Shown: one piece after another, positions 1-10,084 of the stretch
Position numbering within the stretch: position 1 is the first letter of the stretch
Layout of the letters: each line of letters opens with the position of its first letter
Assembly: GCF_000020025.1 (NCBI RefSeq)
Contig: NC_010628.1
Span: 5,190,001 to 5,222,000, forward strand
Direction of reading: 5' to 3'
Origin: Nostoc punctiforme PCC 73102
GTDB taxonomy: Bacteria > Cyanobacteriota > Cyanobacteriia > Cyanobacteriales > Nostocaceae
Length of the DNA stretch: 32,000 nt
Translations under genes and position numbers: made by a program
Notes under the pieces: generated by a model
Told to the model about the DNA's origin: nothing
The model's database searches: none
What the model saw: the letters and a program-made list of their open reading frames with translations, nothing else

Positions 1-1221
<1,221 letters not shown>

Positions 1222-1410
1222 TTAAAAATAGCCAGAGTCAGCTAGGCATTGCCAAGCAAGCAGTTTCTTATGCGCTTTTCAGTGAACTTTAAATAAATAC
1301 TGCATATATGAATATCTCATCTGAAATAGCGCATCTATTAATATGTCTTAATCATGTACTCAATAACCCAAGTATTGATTAGATAAGGCTTTGAGATAAT
1401 TAATTCTTTT

Positions 1411-1683
1411 TTGTGGGGTATAGGTTCGGGAATCTTTTTGTTCGCTAAACTCAAGCTGAACTGCGATCGCTCCATGTACCAATTGCTGCAAATCCTGACC
1501 TATTCACAAACACAACAGAATGGGTTAGTGTGCCCTAAACGCATTGATACACTTTGGCAGGTATACTATACAGAGAAATTTCCAGATGAGAAAATCAAGA
1601 AAAATATGACACAAAAAATTATTTACGGAACAGTTAGTGATGATGGAATAAAACAGGTCGGTGAAGGATTTGAAAACCTTTAA
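1411..1683 (+). CDS. Hypothetical small protein (TTG start at 1411, or ATG at 1474); weak call
   Basis: ORF only. I recognise no motif and see no clear ribosome-binding site. A hairpin lies downstream at 1806-1832. Confidence 0.25.
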   Translation: MWGIGSGIFLFAKLKLNCDRSMYQLLQILTYSQTQQNGLVCPKRIDTLWQVYYTEKFPDEKIKKNMTQKIIYGTVSDDGIKQVGEGFENL

Positions 1684-1805
1684 CCCTTACCCTTTACCCT
1701 TTCCCCCAAACCCGATTCCGAGTTAATAATGCTTAACCGAGAAGTATTGTTTCGACACCAACCTACAAAATCTAATACAACATTTTAGCCTTGCCACGCC
1801 AGCAG

Positions 1806-1832
1806 GGTGTGTTAGCAACAGTGCAACACACC
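1806..1832. terminator. Stem-loop between convergent ORFs (ggtgtgtt / aacacacc, 11-nt loop), followed by a T-rich tract on the plus strand
   Basis: Perfect 8-bp inverted repeat read directly. The plus strand continues ttccatttagaaatttctatttg. Confidence 0.35.
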
Positions 1833-1890
1833 TTCCATTTAGAAATTTCTATTTGTTCATGGATAGAGTATTCATAATTCTGAATTTTGA

Positions 1891-2568
1891 CTAATGCACC
1901 AGATTTCCTTGTTTAAGTTGCTCCTTGGCTAAAGCCAATGCTTGATGAGCATTTTTAAACTTTGTTTCATCCGTAAATTTATGATCAAAACACTTTAAAT
2001 AAGCTTCCAAATATCTAATACGTAAGCGTGGATCGACCGGACTCAGAAGAAAGGGGAGGTCAGCTTCAACCATAAACCGTATAGCCAATAAGGGTATAGG
2101 GCTACGAAGTGGACGAAAGTCTGGATTGTGCATACCAGGAGTTTCATTACGTTTATGAAATTCTCCTATCATCAGTCCTGATTCAACAAACAAAGGTTTA
2201 AGTTTTTGTTGGACACTATCTATTAATTTACAAGCATCTTCTATATGGACATCAGGAAAAATAAGTAAAAAAGCTTTGTTTATTGCTAATTCCTGCTCTT
2301 TAACTTCCATTTTCAGAAAGATGTCTTTATAGCTTCCAACAATCTCTTCTAGTTGTTCTGGATACAAATATTTGGTACGAATAACTGCTAGACGAATACT
2401 GTTTGACTTGAGAGAGTGAGGTACAAAAGGGCAAACTGCGCCGGGTCTTCCTAACTTAGGATGAGGTCTTGCTAAAAAACTTTTCACCCACTCTATAGTT
2501 TCAAGTAAGTAAGGACGGTCTTCGTATTCCTGGAGTTGTTCGATTTCAAGAATTGTATATAGTTGCAT
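1891..2568 (-). CDS. Conserved hypothetical protein with a GAVCPFVP motif. From memory it may belong to a DUF-type family (DUF6875-like), unverified. The ORF track extends it to a TTG at 2610.
   Basis: Long ORF in an AT-rich segment. An in-frame ATG at 2568 (MQLYTILEIEQLQEY...) is a more likely start than the TTG at 2610. No catalytic motif recognised. Confidence 0.65.
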   Translation of the reverse strand: MQLYTILEIEQLQEYEDRPYLLETIEWVKSFLARPHPKLGRPGAVCPFVPHSLKSNSIRLAVIRTKYLYPEQLEEIVGSYKDIFLKMEVKEQELAINKAFLLIFPDVHIEDACKLIDSVQQKLKPLFVESGLMIGEFHKRNETPGMHNPDFRPLRSPIPLLAIRFMVEADLPFLLSPVDPRLRIRYLEAYLKCFDHKFTDETKFKNAHQALALAKEQLKQGNLVH

Positions 2569-3070
2569 CAGCTTAATGAAATAGAAGGAATTTCTGAAAT
2601 CTGAATCCAAATTGTGTGCTTGAAACTAACTATTATCTAACTAAACAAAACAAGCCTTGATCTTTTTCTTTTTGGTTCATTTATAGCTTGTAGTAGATAA
2701 AAATGCTAAGGCATTTTTGTAACTCAAAAAAATTACACCAATCAATACATAAAGATATTTTCACACAAAGCAAGTTATGATTATTGCTTTTTGGCATTTG
2801 AGCTGAGAGACATACATAATGTATTATCCAGTAGCATTCTCCTACTTTTTTACACTTTTAAGCTTCCATGATTTTCAACAAAGATATTATAAAGTTTATA
2901 TCCAAATAGTTATTTTTACTGTAAAACTTTAGTTCTGATTTAACAGCTTAACATCAATGTAGTACAATTTTATACAAACAAACTTCTGTCTAAATAGTTG
3001 TTTTTGCCGTTTTTCCCTGGTGTCTTCACTAAAGAAGGAATAATATTGAGTGCTATAATATACTTATATA

Positions 3071-3322
3071 GGATTTACGCACTGTACAGAGGAATCATGT
3101 TCTGTATCAGCAGAAATATGCCATATCGGATTTTTATTAATCATTTTCTGATGGTAAATAGACCTGTGCTGTAGGGGCAATATCCTGTGGGTACTCCATT
3201 GGAGAACCCGTAGAGTAACCGCTTTATATCTACATGAATCGGCTTTACACAATTTATGCTTTTTGACGCTAACTGAAGCGTATTGATCTATATTTGGTCT
3301 TTCCTGTGAATGCGTAAGTTCC
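3071..3322. mobile_element. MITE-like element (~252 bp) bounded by imperfect terminal inverted repeats GGATTTACGCA / TGCGTAAGTTCC
   Basis: Left end is ggatttacgcactgtacag (from 3071). Right end is cctgtgaatgcgtaagttcc (ending at 3322), whose reverse complement is ggaacttacgcattcacagg. The same terminus motif recurs at 6410-6494, with single copies near 8586 and 31065. Confidence 0.5.
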
Positions 3323-3526
3323 GCTATTCTTCATGAAGATGCGCTTAATTTAAATGAACCCCATTTATACGAGAGGCTTGCGCCAACGCGCTATATCTCC
3401 CCGAGAAGGACGCAAAGGAAAAGAGCATTTAAGAATTATTCAGTACAATCTAGAGATAATTTGTATAATTAACTGCAGCAGACTAAATAGATCGATATGA
3501 TGCTGTCCTTTCTACTAAGACAAGGC

Positions 3527-3565
3527 CAGTTACTACAAGTTTGGGAACCAAGGTTGTAGTAACTG
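3527..3565. other. Perfect 12-bp stem-loop (cagttactacaa / ttgtagtaactg, 15-nt loop) just 3' of the hydrolase gene
   Basis: Inverted repeat read directly. No U-tract follows on either strand, so it is not a canonical intrinsic terminator. It could be an RNA-stability element or a repeat. Confidence 0.35.
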
Positions 3566-3606
3566 CCTCCCTTACAGAATTAAATATTTGTTTAATTGCC
3601 AGTTCC

Positions 3607-5253
3607 TTATTTATCACCAAATTCTTTCACCACTGGCATAGCATTAGAAGGAATCTGCGTAATTAGGCGAAATGGAAATGCTTTAGTCGAAGCAAACTGG
3701 GCATAATCTGATGTCAGAAAGATAGCGTAGTTTTTAGCTTCTGGAGTCATCTGTGCAGCAAACGCTAAAGTTATAGCTTTAAGGTACTTGCGAATATCTG
3801 CTGCTTGTTCGCCTACAACTTCACCGCCACTAATGGGTGTATTTGGTTGTCCGATTTGATCCATAGTCTTACTGGGGTCTTTTACACTCAGATGAGTACC
3901 CCCAACTATACCAACTAGCCATTTGGGGGATGGAATTTTGTCAAATCCCACAATCTGTTCAGTTAAAGCTGGGGTGGTTTTATCTGCGGAACCTGCTAAC
4001 ACTAGAGTAGGAACTTGCACCTTAGTTAACCCAGTTTCGCCAAAAATCAGAGAAGTTGTAGGATTGAGAGCGATCGCCTGTTTTATTCTTGTATCCCGTA
4101 ATTGATAGGTATTTTCTGGCAGTTCTTGGGCGATGCACTGCATAGCTTCTCCTAGACTTAAGATAGCCAAGTTCTTTTTGCAGCGTTGTTTGAGCCGTTC
4201 TAGTTGTAACTCCCCTCCCGCAAGTGCTAAAGCTGTACTACCACCAAAAGAATAACCAACAACCATCGCGTTCATGGTCGCAAGTTTCCCTTGTAGGGGA
4301 TGATTAGTCGTTTGGTTGAGCTTTTCTAATTCATCGAGAACAAAACTAACATCTTGAGGGCGATTTAAAAACTCTTGAGGCTTCACAGGTCTGGTTTTGC
4401 CTTGTAATGCAGAATTAATATTATCCTCATTACTACCAGGATGTTCTAAAGCAGCTACTACATAACCGTGAGATGCTAAATGTTCTGCCAGGTAACGCAA
4501 GTCCGTGCGGACTGATCCTAAGCCGTGAGAGAAGACAATTAAGGGTTTATTGGCAGTTGCATCATTTGACCAGTAAATATCAACTGGAATTTTGCGTTGG
4601 CGCTTTTGATCATTCAGGCTTAAGTTGAGTATTTTTACTTGAGCCGTTCCTGGTTGGCTGGGATCAAAAGGGAAAGCAATCTGCGATGTTGTCGAGTCGA
4701 GTCGGGGAGCAATAGCTACCATAAATTGCTGCGTGCGCCAAAAAGCTGTATTCAAATTCCCTGCAACTATGAAAGCTTTTGGTAAATCAATTTCTAAGCG
4801 TTTACTCGGATAAGCCGCGATAAAACTCAATATAGAAAGACCCCCTGGCGCAGTAGAGCCTAATACCAATCCTCCTCTCAGTGCTTGTACCCCAGCATTG
4901 TCCTTTCGGGCTAAGGCTGTAGCGAAGTCATTGAGAATAGTTGTGCCAATCTGAGTATTAAGCAACTTATTAATGGTGACAACGTTCATCGGTATATTCA
5001 TACCTAGTGCCCCTAATAGGAAGCGGCGTTGTTGTTCAGATAATCCTTTAGCGTAAGACTGCAAGCTCCTAGGCAATTCTCCTGTTTTGGCAGCGTTTTG
5101 CAACTCAGTAAGTGAGATGGATTCTGTAAATAAACCCAAACGCACAACAACGGTTTCAGCCGCAATAGCCGAAGTATTTACCCCAAACTGTGTAAGTACA
5201 ATTGCACTAAAGAAACCTGCAACTGTCTTAAGACTTCTCCAACTTCTTCCCAT
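3607..5253 (-). CDS. Secreted alpha/beta hydrolase with an N-terminal DUF1400-type domain (lipase/esterase-like)
   Basis: N-terminal signal-like segment (FFSAIVLTQFGVNTSAIAAE). The region VVVRLGLFTESISLTELQ...FL resembles the cyanobacterial DUF1400 N-domain. Nucleophile-elbow motif GYSFGG, and FSHGLG upstream. Confidence 0.8.
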   Translation of the reverse strand: MGRSWRSLKTVAGFFSAIVLTQFGVNTSAIAAETVVVRLGLFTESISLTELQNAAKTGELPRSLQSYAKGLSEQQRRFLLGALGMNIPMNVVTINKLLNTQIGTTILNDFATALARKDNAGVQALRGGLVLGSTAPGGLSILSFIAAYPSKRLEIDLPKAFIVAGNLNTAFWRTQQFMVAIAPRLDSTTSQIAFPFDPSQPGTAQVKILNLSLNDQKRQRKIPVDIYWSNDATANKPLIVFSHGLGSVRTDLRYLAEHLASHGYVVAALEHPGSNEDNINSALQGKTRPVKPQEFLNRPQDVSFVLDELEKLNQTTNHPLQGKLATMNAMVVGYSFGGSTALALAGGELQLERLKQRCKKNLAILSLGEAMQCIAQELPENTYQLRDTRIKQAIALNPTTSLIFGETGLTKVQVPTLVLAGSADKTTPALTEQIVGFDKIPSPKWLVGIVGGTHLSVKDPSKTMDQIGQPNTPISGGEVVGEQAADIRKYLKAITLAFAAQMTPEAKNYAIFLTSDYAQFASTKAFPFRLITQIPSNAMPVVKEFGDK

Positions 5254-5834
5254 AAATATTTATACCAACTGCTACTTAGGGGAATATAACGAATATTTGT
5301 GTATTTGACTACCCCTTTAATCGCCCAGAAATCAAAGCAGATTTTTCTCTGAACTCGGTAGAAATCGCCCCAATCTGCTCAAAGCAATCAAAGCTCATCA
5401 AAAGTAACGAATTGTAGAATTCATTACAGCTAAAAAATTTGAGCATGAATCAGTGTTAACAGCCACAAAAGTCTGATTGTTTCTCCGCTAGGTTTAATAC
5501 TGTAAAGAAACTGTAGAACAGATGAAGCGATGCCTGCGGCGGTAAACTATGCATCTCCAATTTGCACTTTTTGCCGGCTGATGTTCTCATAAAATTTTAG
5601 ATTTGGGATTTTGAATTATTAAATACAAAATTCTCTTCGTTACAAAAGTTTCAGCATTTATCTCAGTTTCAGCAATGTCAAAATTTTGTTAGCAACAATC
5701 AAAAATCATTTATCCAGAGCAACTAGATTTATGTATGTGGTCATCTAGAAATTAAAGTTTGAAATTGAGTGACTGCAATTTTTTTGACAGCAAATTTTAA
5801 ATAGCCCTTTAATATTTTGTCTTTGCCTTTTAGA

Positions 5835-5856
5835 AGGTGTTGCAGAGGTGTTGCAG
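5835..5856 (+). repeat. Perfect tandem duplication of an 11-mer (aggtgttgcag x2), ~80 bp upstream of the 5937 ORF
   Basis: Read directly: aggtgttgcag at 5835-5845 and again at 5846-5856. Confidence 0.6.
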
Positions 5857-5936
5857 GTCGATAGTCTTACTGCTGTAGCTGCACTATCATTACTCATTAA
5901 ATTCTACTAGCCGCATCAATAATTTTTCTTGGCTTT

Positions 5937-6392
5937 ATGCGTCGCAGACTCCGCTATATTTTAATTTTGCTACTCTCCTTGAGTATTATTACACTGTGGT
6001 GGCCTGTGAATGATTCTGATTGTAATTTCGGGGATCTTTTAGTATCAAAAACTAAAAAATTTCAAGTAAATGCTACTAAGGTTATTGTTCAGCCGTGGCG
6101 TGGTCGTCACCATGTATATGGAATCTTTATGATTCCTAATGAATACAAAGAATCTCCATTTTTTGTAGTAACAGTCCAAGGTGCCGGCAGTTACTGTTCA
6201 AAACAATTTGGTTATAAAAAAAACTTTAATGATGTCTTTGCTGAACCAGGAACTTATTTGGTGCAGAAGTTTGTTAGAACTCGAACGGCTTTGCGGCTCA
6301 TTTTCCAAGGTTTGTACTTCCAAATCAATGATAAACAGAACTGGACGTTGACTTTACCTGAACCAAATACCACTACCGCTACGTCTAATTAG
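5937..6392 (+). CDS. Hypothetical protein with an N-terminal signal/TM segment
   Basis: ATG ORF with hydrophobic N-terminus RYILILLLSLSIITLWW. No recognised domain. Confidence 0.5.
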   Translation: MRRRLRYILILLLSLSIITLWWPVNDSDCNFGDLLVSKTKKFQVNATKVIVQPWRGRHHVYGIFMIPNEYKESPFFVVTVQGAGSYCSKQFGYKKNFNDVFAEPGTYLVQKFVRTRTALRLIFQGLYFQINDKQNWTLTLPEPNTTTATSN

Positions 6393-6409
6393 TGATTTGT
6401 TCTTTAATC

Positions 6410-6494
6410 GAACTTACGCAAACAATAGTCAAAACCCCGATTTTAGACGTAAAGTAGCTTATTGCTCCTAATGCCTGTACTGTTGCGTAAGTCC
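6410..6494. mobile_element. Short (85 bp) hairpin element with the same GGAYTTACGCA-type termini as 3071-3322, between convergent genes
   Basis: acttacgcaa (6412-6421) is perfectly complementary to ttgcgtaagt (6483-6492). Confidence 0.5.
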
Positions 6495-6501
6495 TATTTA
6501 A

Positions 6502-7572
6502 TTACGAATTATTCCCTCTGCTTGGTGGTTGAGTTTGCAAAACCTGATTCTTATTTAACAAGTTACTAGTAGCATTGACCACAATCTGCGCTGCTCCTGT
6601 AAAAAACGCTCTCTCGATAGTCGCAGGAACATCGCTAGGTTGATGATAATGCGGAGTCCGTAAATTTGCTGTATCTGTCACTAGCACCGCACCCACACCC
6701 TGATACCAAAATGGTGCATGATCGCTCCGTAAAGTGTCTGGTGTCAGTAAACCTTTAAAAGGAATTGGTAGTATTAGGACTGGTGGCAGATTTGATTCCT
6801 GTTTATTCAGGGCGCTTGAGGGGAGCATCTGTGAGCTTGGAAAGGCATTCAGCAAAGGCAAATGTTCCATATCACCAACCACTGCCAAAAAGTCGCCCTT
6901 GTCACTAGGTGGCGTAACGGGCAAACCCGCCGGGTATTTCTGACAACCAACAGTGTAACAAGCATAACCAACCATATCCATAACGATCGCTCCGTCTAAA
7001 TTTTGCAAGCGTGCTGTCTGACTCACAAAAGCCTGACTACCCAAAAGTCCTGCTTCTTCTTTGTCAAAAAAAGCTAGCTGTAACGTCCGTGGTGTGGGAC
7101 GAGAACCAAGCAACCGCGCAACTTCTAGCACTACAGCTACACCACTAGCGTTATCATCAGCACCGGGGGATAAGGCAACAGTGTCGTAATGCGCTGCGAC
7201 GAGAATTGCTTTAGCGGCTTTGTTAGTTCCTATACGTTCAGCAAAAATATTTACACCCTCAGAGAACTTTTCCAATTTGGGCTTCCAGCCGAATTTTTTC
7301 AGTTCAGTTGTGATATAAGTGCGAGTGAGCGATCGCTCTGTTGTTGTGTAGCGCTGAAAATTTAACTTTTGGATATGGTTTAATAGCTGATCGGTAGACA
7401 CTTGTAGGGTATCATCAACTTTTTTTAACTCTAGTTGTGCTTGCGGCGTTTCCACAGGAATGCCTTCAACAATTGCTGGTGAGGGACGCTGTTCAAAAAA
7501 CGTCCGGTCTATGCTACCCACCACGGCAAATGCCATCAGCATCAACAGCATCAGCCAAATCCATTTTCTCAT
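6502..7572 (-). CDS. M28-family zinc aminopeptidase, secreted or membrane-anchored
   Basis: Motifs AAHYDTV, GADDNASGVAVVLE and FFDKEEAGLLGS (M28 metal ligands). N-terminal hydrophobic segment. Confidence 0.85.
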   Translation of the reverse strand: MRKWIWLMLLMLMAFAVVGSIDRTFFEQRPSPAIVEGIPVETPQAQLELKKVDDTLQVSTDQLLNHIQKLNFQRYTTTERSLTRTYITTELKKFGWKPKLEKFSEGVNIFAERIGTNKAAKAILVAAHYDTVALSPGADDNASGVAVVLEVARLLGSRPTPRTLQLAFFDKEEAGLLGSQAFVSQTARLQNLDGAIVMDMVGYACYTVGCQKYPAGLPVTPPSDKGDFLAVVGDMEHLPLLNAFPSSQMLPSSALNKQESNLPPVLILPIPFKGLLTPDTLRSDHAPFWYQGVGAVLVTDTANLRTPHYHQPSDVPATIERAFFTGAAQIVVNATSNLLNKNQVLQTQPPSRGNNS

Positions 7573-7738
7573 GTGATTTATCCTTGGCTTCCTGACTTAG
7601 GGTAGCGCAAACCCCCAGGTATAACTTTCCAGGATTGCTAGGAGGGTTTAGTATTTTGGTTCCCTAAATTCTTAGATAAACCTACAAAGTAACTTTGCAA
7701 TCAGCTTAATTGTCTATTTTAATACAATTTTCTTTTAT

Positions 7739-8098
7739 TCAATCTGCTATCGATTCTTGAGTCTCTTGATCAGTTGAAAGTCTTTTTATCATTAATACAA
7801 CTTCTTCTTCTGGCACTTCTAAAGAATACCCGTTCAATATAAGAAAGGTAGCCATCGAAACGAAAGCTACCCTTTTATTACCATCTATAAATGAATGATT
7901 TTTTACAAATGCAAAAGCTGCCGCTAACTCAAAAACAGTTGGTATAGGTTCACCATAAGCAAATAAATTTTTAGGTCTATCTAAACTAGCTAAAAACAGA
8001 TTTCTATCTCTTATACCTGGAAGTCCACCATGTTCTGCTAGTTGTTCTTCGTGCATAGCTTTAATGACTGCCTCACTCAACCAAAAAATATCATTCAC
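7739..8098 (-). CDS. doc: Type II toxin, death-on-curing (Doc, Fic-fold) family
   Basis: Fic/Doc motif HSFIDGNKR. GTG start at 8098 overlaps the upstream stop in a GTGA junction. N-terminus EQLAEHGGLPGIRD is typical of Doc. Confidence 0.9.
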   Translation of the reverse strand: MNDIFWLSEAVIKAMHEEQLAEHGGLPGIRDRNLFLASLDRPKNLFAYGEPIPTVFELAAAFAFVKNHSFIDGNKRVAFVSMATFLILNGYSLEVPEEEVVLMIKRLSTDQETQESIAD

Positions 8099-8310
8099 TG
8101 AGCTAGCTCACGAAGTGCATTCCTATATTTACTGCTTACTTTTTGATAAGCTTCCATAGCCTTTTCAAATTCAGACTTGTCAGGTGTGGTTTGAGGATTA
8201 TGAGAATGTTTCACAACGAAAAGTACCCCATTCTTACTATGTCTAAATTTTAGACTTTGAGAAGATGGTATCAATTTGTTTTTGATCTTACGAAGTCTCA
8301 AGGTTTCCAT
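8095..8310 (-). CDS. Putative cognate antitoxin of Doc (71 aa from the ATG at 8310; the track starts at a TTG at 8319)
   Basis: Small ORF immediately upstream and translationally coupled (4-nt overlap). The sequence does not look like a classic Phd to me. Confidence 0.6.
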   Translation of the reverse strand: METLRLRKIKNKLIPSSQSLKFRHSKNGVLFVVKHSHNPQTTPDKSEFEKAMEAYQKVSSKYRNALRELAQ

Positions 8311-8808
8311 GATAAACAAAGCCAGTGATTATGGCTTTAATCTATTTGTCCTAAGCTCAATATACCTTATCTAATTAGGTCAGGTCACTTTAGTTAAATT
8401 GCTTAAGCAATAAGCAAGGATTTATGAAATTATTTTTAACTCTATTGCAAATAGACTTCTCTTACTGAGATGATGCAGCCGTTCTGGTATATGTGGCACT
8501 TAAGCAGCAAGCATAATCAACCGCAAAAACCTAAACTTTAGAAATAGTTTTAGTCTTATATTATACTTTAAAGACGGTAGTTTAGGATTTACGCGTATGT
8601 AGGGAGTTTTAGAGTGTTTACATTTTCTTTCCTAAAGTAAATATCAAGTTTGACGGTTTGTCTTTTGACAGCGATCGCAACTTTACGTAAAGTGCCGCAC
8701 TAGAGGAGTGCTGAGTACTGAGTAAAGAAGAAAAGAATTTCTTATTACTTCTTCAAAATCTTTATTCTGACACTCAGGACTCATAACTCAGAACTCAGGA
8801 CTTTTTTT

Positions 8809-10056
8809 ATGGTAGATTTGTTGCTGATCTCAATCCTGGGGTTCCTGGGGAGTTTTGGACACTGCTTTGGGATGTGTGGCCCTTTAACAGTGGCATTTTC
8901 CCTGTCTCATCAGCGAAAAGGGACATCACCCTTAGAAAAGCCAGACACTTGGCGACAACAATTAAAATTTCATCTTTTGCTAAACCTGGGGCGGATGTTG
9001 AGCTATGCTCTAGTCGGTGCTGGCATTGGGGCGCTAGGTTCGGTATTGCTGCAAAGTGGACAGCTAGCGGGAATTGGCAGCGACTTTCGGCACTGGATGG
9101 CAATTCTGACTGGTGTGATGCTGATTTGGTTTGGCTTAGGGCAAGTAAAACCCGATTTGCTCCCGCGCATTTTCGTGTTACATCCTCTATTACAAGGTAA
9201 GTTACACGATCGCCTCAGCACAGGAATGGTTAAGCTTTCCTTTAAAACTAAATGGTGGACACCAATACTTTTGGGGATGACTTGGGGTTTAATGCCCTGT
9301 GGTTTCCTGTATGCTGCCCAAATCAAAGCCGTTGAAACTGGCAATTTATGGATGGGTGGGGCAACTATGCTGGCTTTTGGACTGGGAACCCTGCCCACTA
9401 TGCTAGGTGTAGGCATCTCCACATCGTTGGTAAGTAAAGACAAGCGCAGTCAGTTATTTCGATTAGGCGGTTGGGTGACACTCACCATTGGCATCATTAC
9501 CCTGCTACGGACTGGTGACACAATGGTAGATTACACCGGGCACACCGCTTTATTCTGCTTAATATTGGCGTTAATTGCGCGTCCTATTAGTGGGTTGTGG
9601 GCTTCACCATTGCGTTATCGCCGCGCCTTGGGGGTGGGATCTTTTGTGCTTTCTGTGGTTCACACCTTCCACATGATAGAACACTCATTGCAATGGAATT
9701 TTGCCGCCTTTTCTTTTATGCCGCCAGAATTTCAGTGGGGTATGGCTGCGGGTGCTGTAGCATTAGTATTAATGTCCCCCGCCGCTTTAACGAGTTGGGA
9801 ATCGTTGCAGAAATCTTTGGGCAAGCGTTGGCGACAGATTCATCTATTGGGTGTGCCAGCCTTGCTCTTGAGTGCTATTCATGCTGTGTTGATTGGTTCC
9901 CATTACCTGGGTTCCTTGCAATCAACTTGGGGAAATAACTTAGCGGCAGTACTGATGGGAATTTTTACCCTCAGTGTCTTACTAGTGCGTTCGCGTTTTT
10001 TTTGGTCAAAGTTAGCCGTAGAAAAGTTTTATGTCCCCCCAACAAAATCGCGGTAA
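8809..10056 (+). CDS. Fusion membrane protein: UreH/DsbD_2-like (TauE-like annotation class) Cys-motif transporter domain plus a C-terminal ferric-reductase-like (MsrQ/YedZ-type) transmembrane domain
   Basis: N-terminal half has GHCFGMCGP and LMPCGFLY motifs in polytopic TM helices. C-terminal ~165 aa has paired TM histidines (VVHTFHMIEH ... LLSAIHAVLIGSH), as in ferric-reductase-type haem-b domains. Confidence 0.8.
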   Translation: MVDLLLISILGFLGSFGHCFGMCGPLTVAFSLSHQRKGTSPLEKPDTWRQQLKFHLLLNLGRMLSYALVGAGIGALGSVLLQSGQLAGIGSDFRHWMAILTGVMLIWFGLGQVKPDLLPRIFVLHPLLQGKLHDRLSTGMVKLSFKTKWWTPILLGMTWGLMPCGFLYAAQIKAVETGNLWMGGATMLAFGLGTLPTMLGVGISTSLVSKDKRSQLFRLGGWVTLTIGIITLLRTGDTMVDYTGHTALFCLILALIARPISGLWASPLRYRRALGVGSFVLSVVHTFHMIEHSLQWNFAAFSFMPPEFQWGMAAGAVALVLMSPAALTSWESLQKSLGKRWRQIHLLGVPALLLSAIHAVLIGSHYLGSLQSTWGNNLAAVLMGIFTLSVLLVRSRFFWSKLAVEKFYVPPTKSR

Positions 10057-10084
10057 ATTATCCTTGTTCTCTGGCTCAATCCCA

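Noticed and set aside
3064-3252. 62-aa ORF on the minus strand
   Set aside because: It lies entirely inside the MITE-like element 3071-3322, with no motif and no plausible start context.
3923-5308. Plus-strand ORFs 3923..4105 and 5087..5308
   Set aside because: They are antisense to the well-supported hydrolase gene. They are typical shadow ORFs.
8807-9938. ORFs 8807..9103(-), 8874..9200(+), 9003..9443(-), 9597..9938(+)
   Set aside because: All overlap the 415-aa membrane protein, whose frame shows clear TM helices and conserved Cys/His motifs. The alternatives are Arg/Cys-rich shadow frames.
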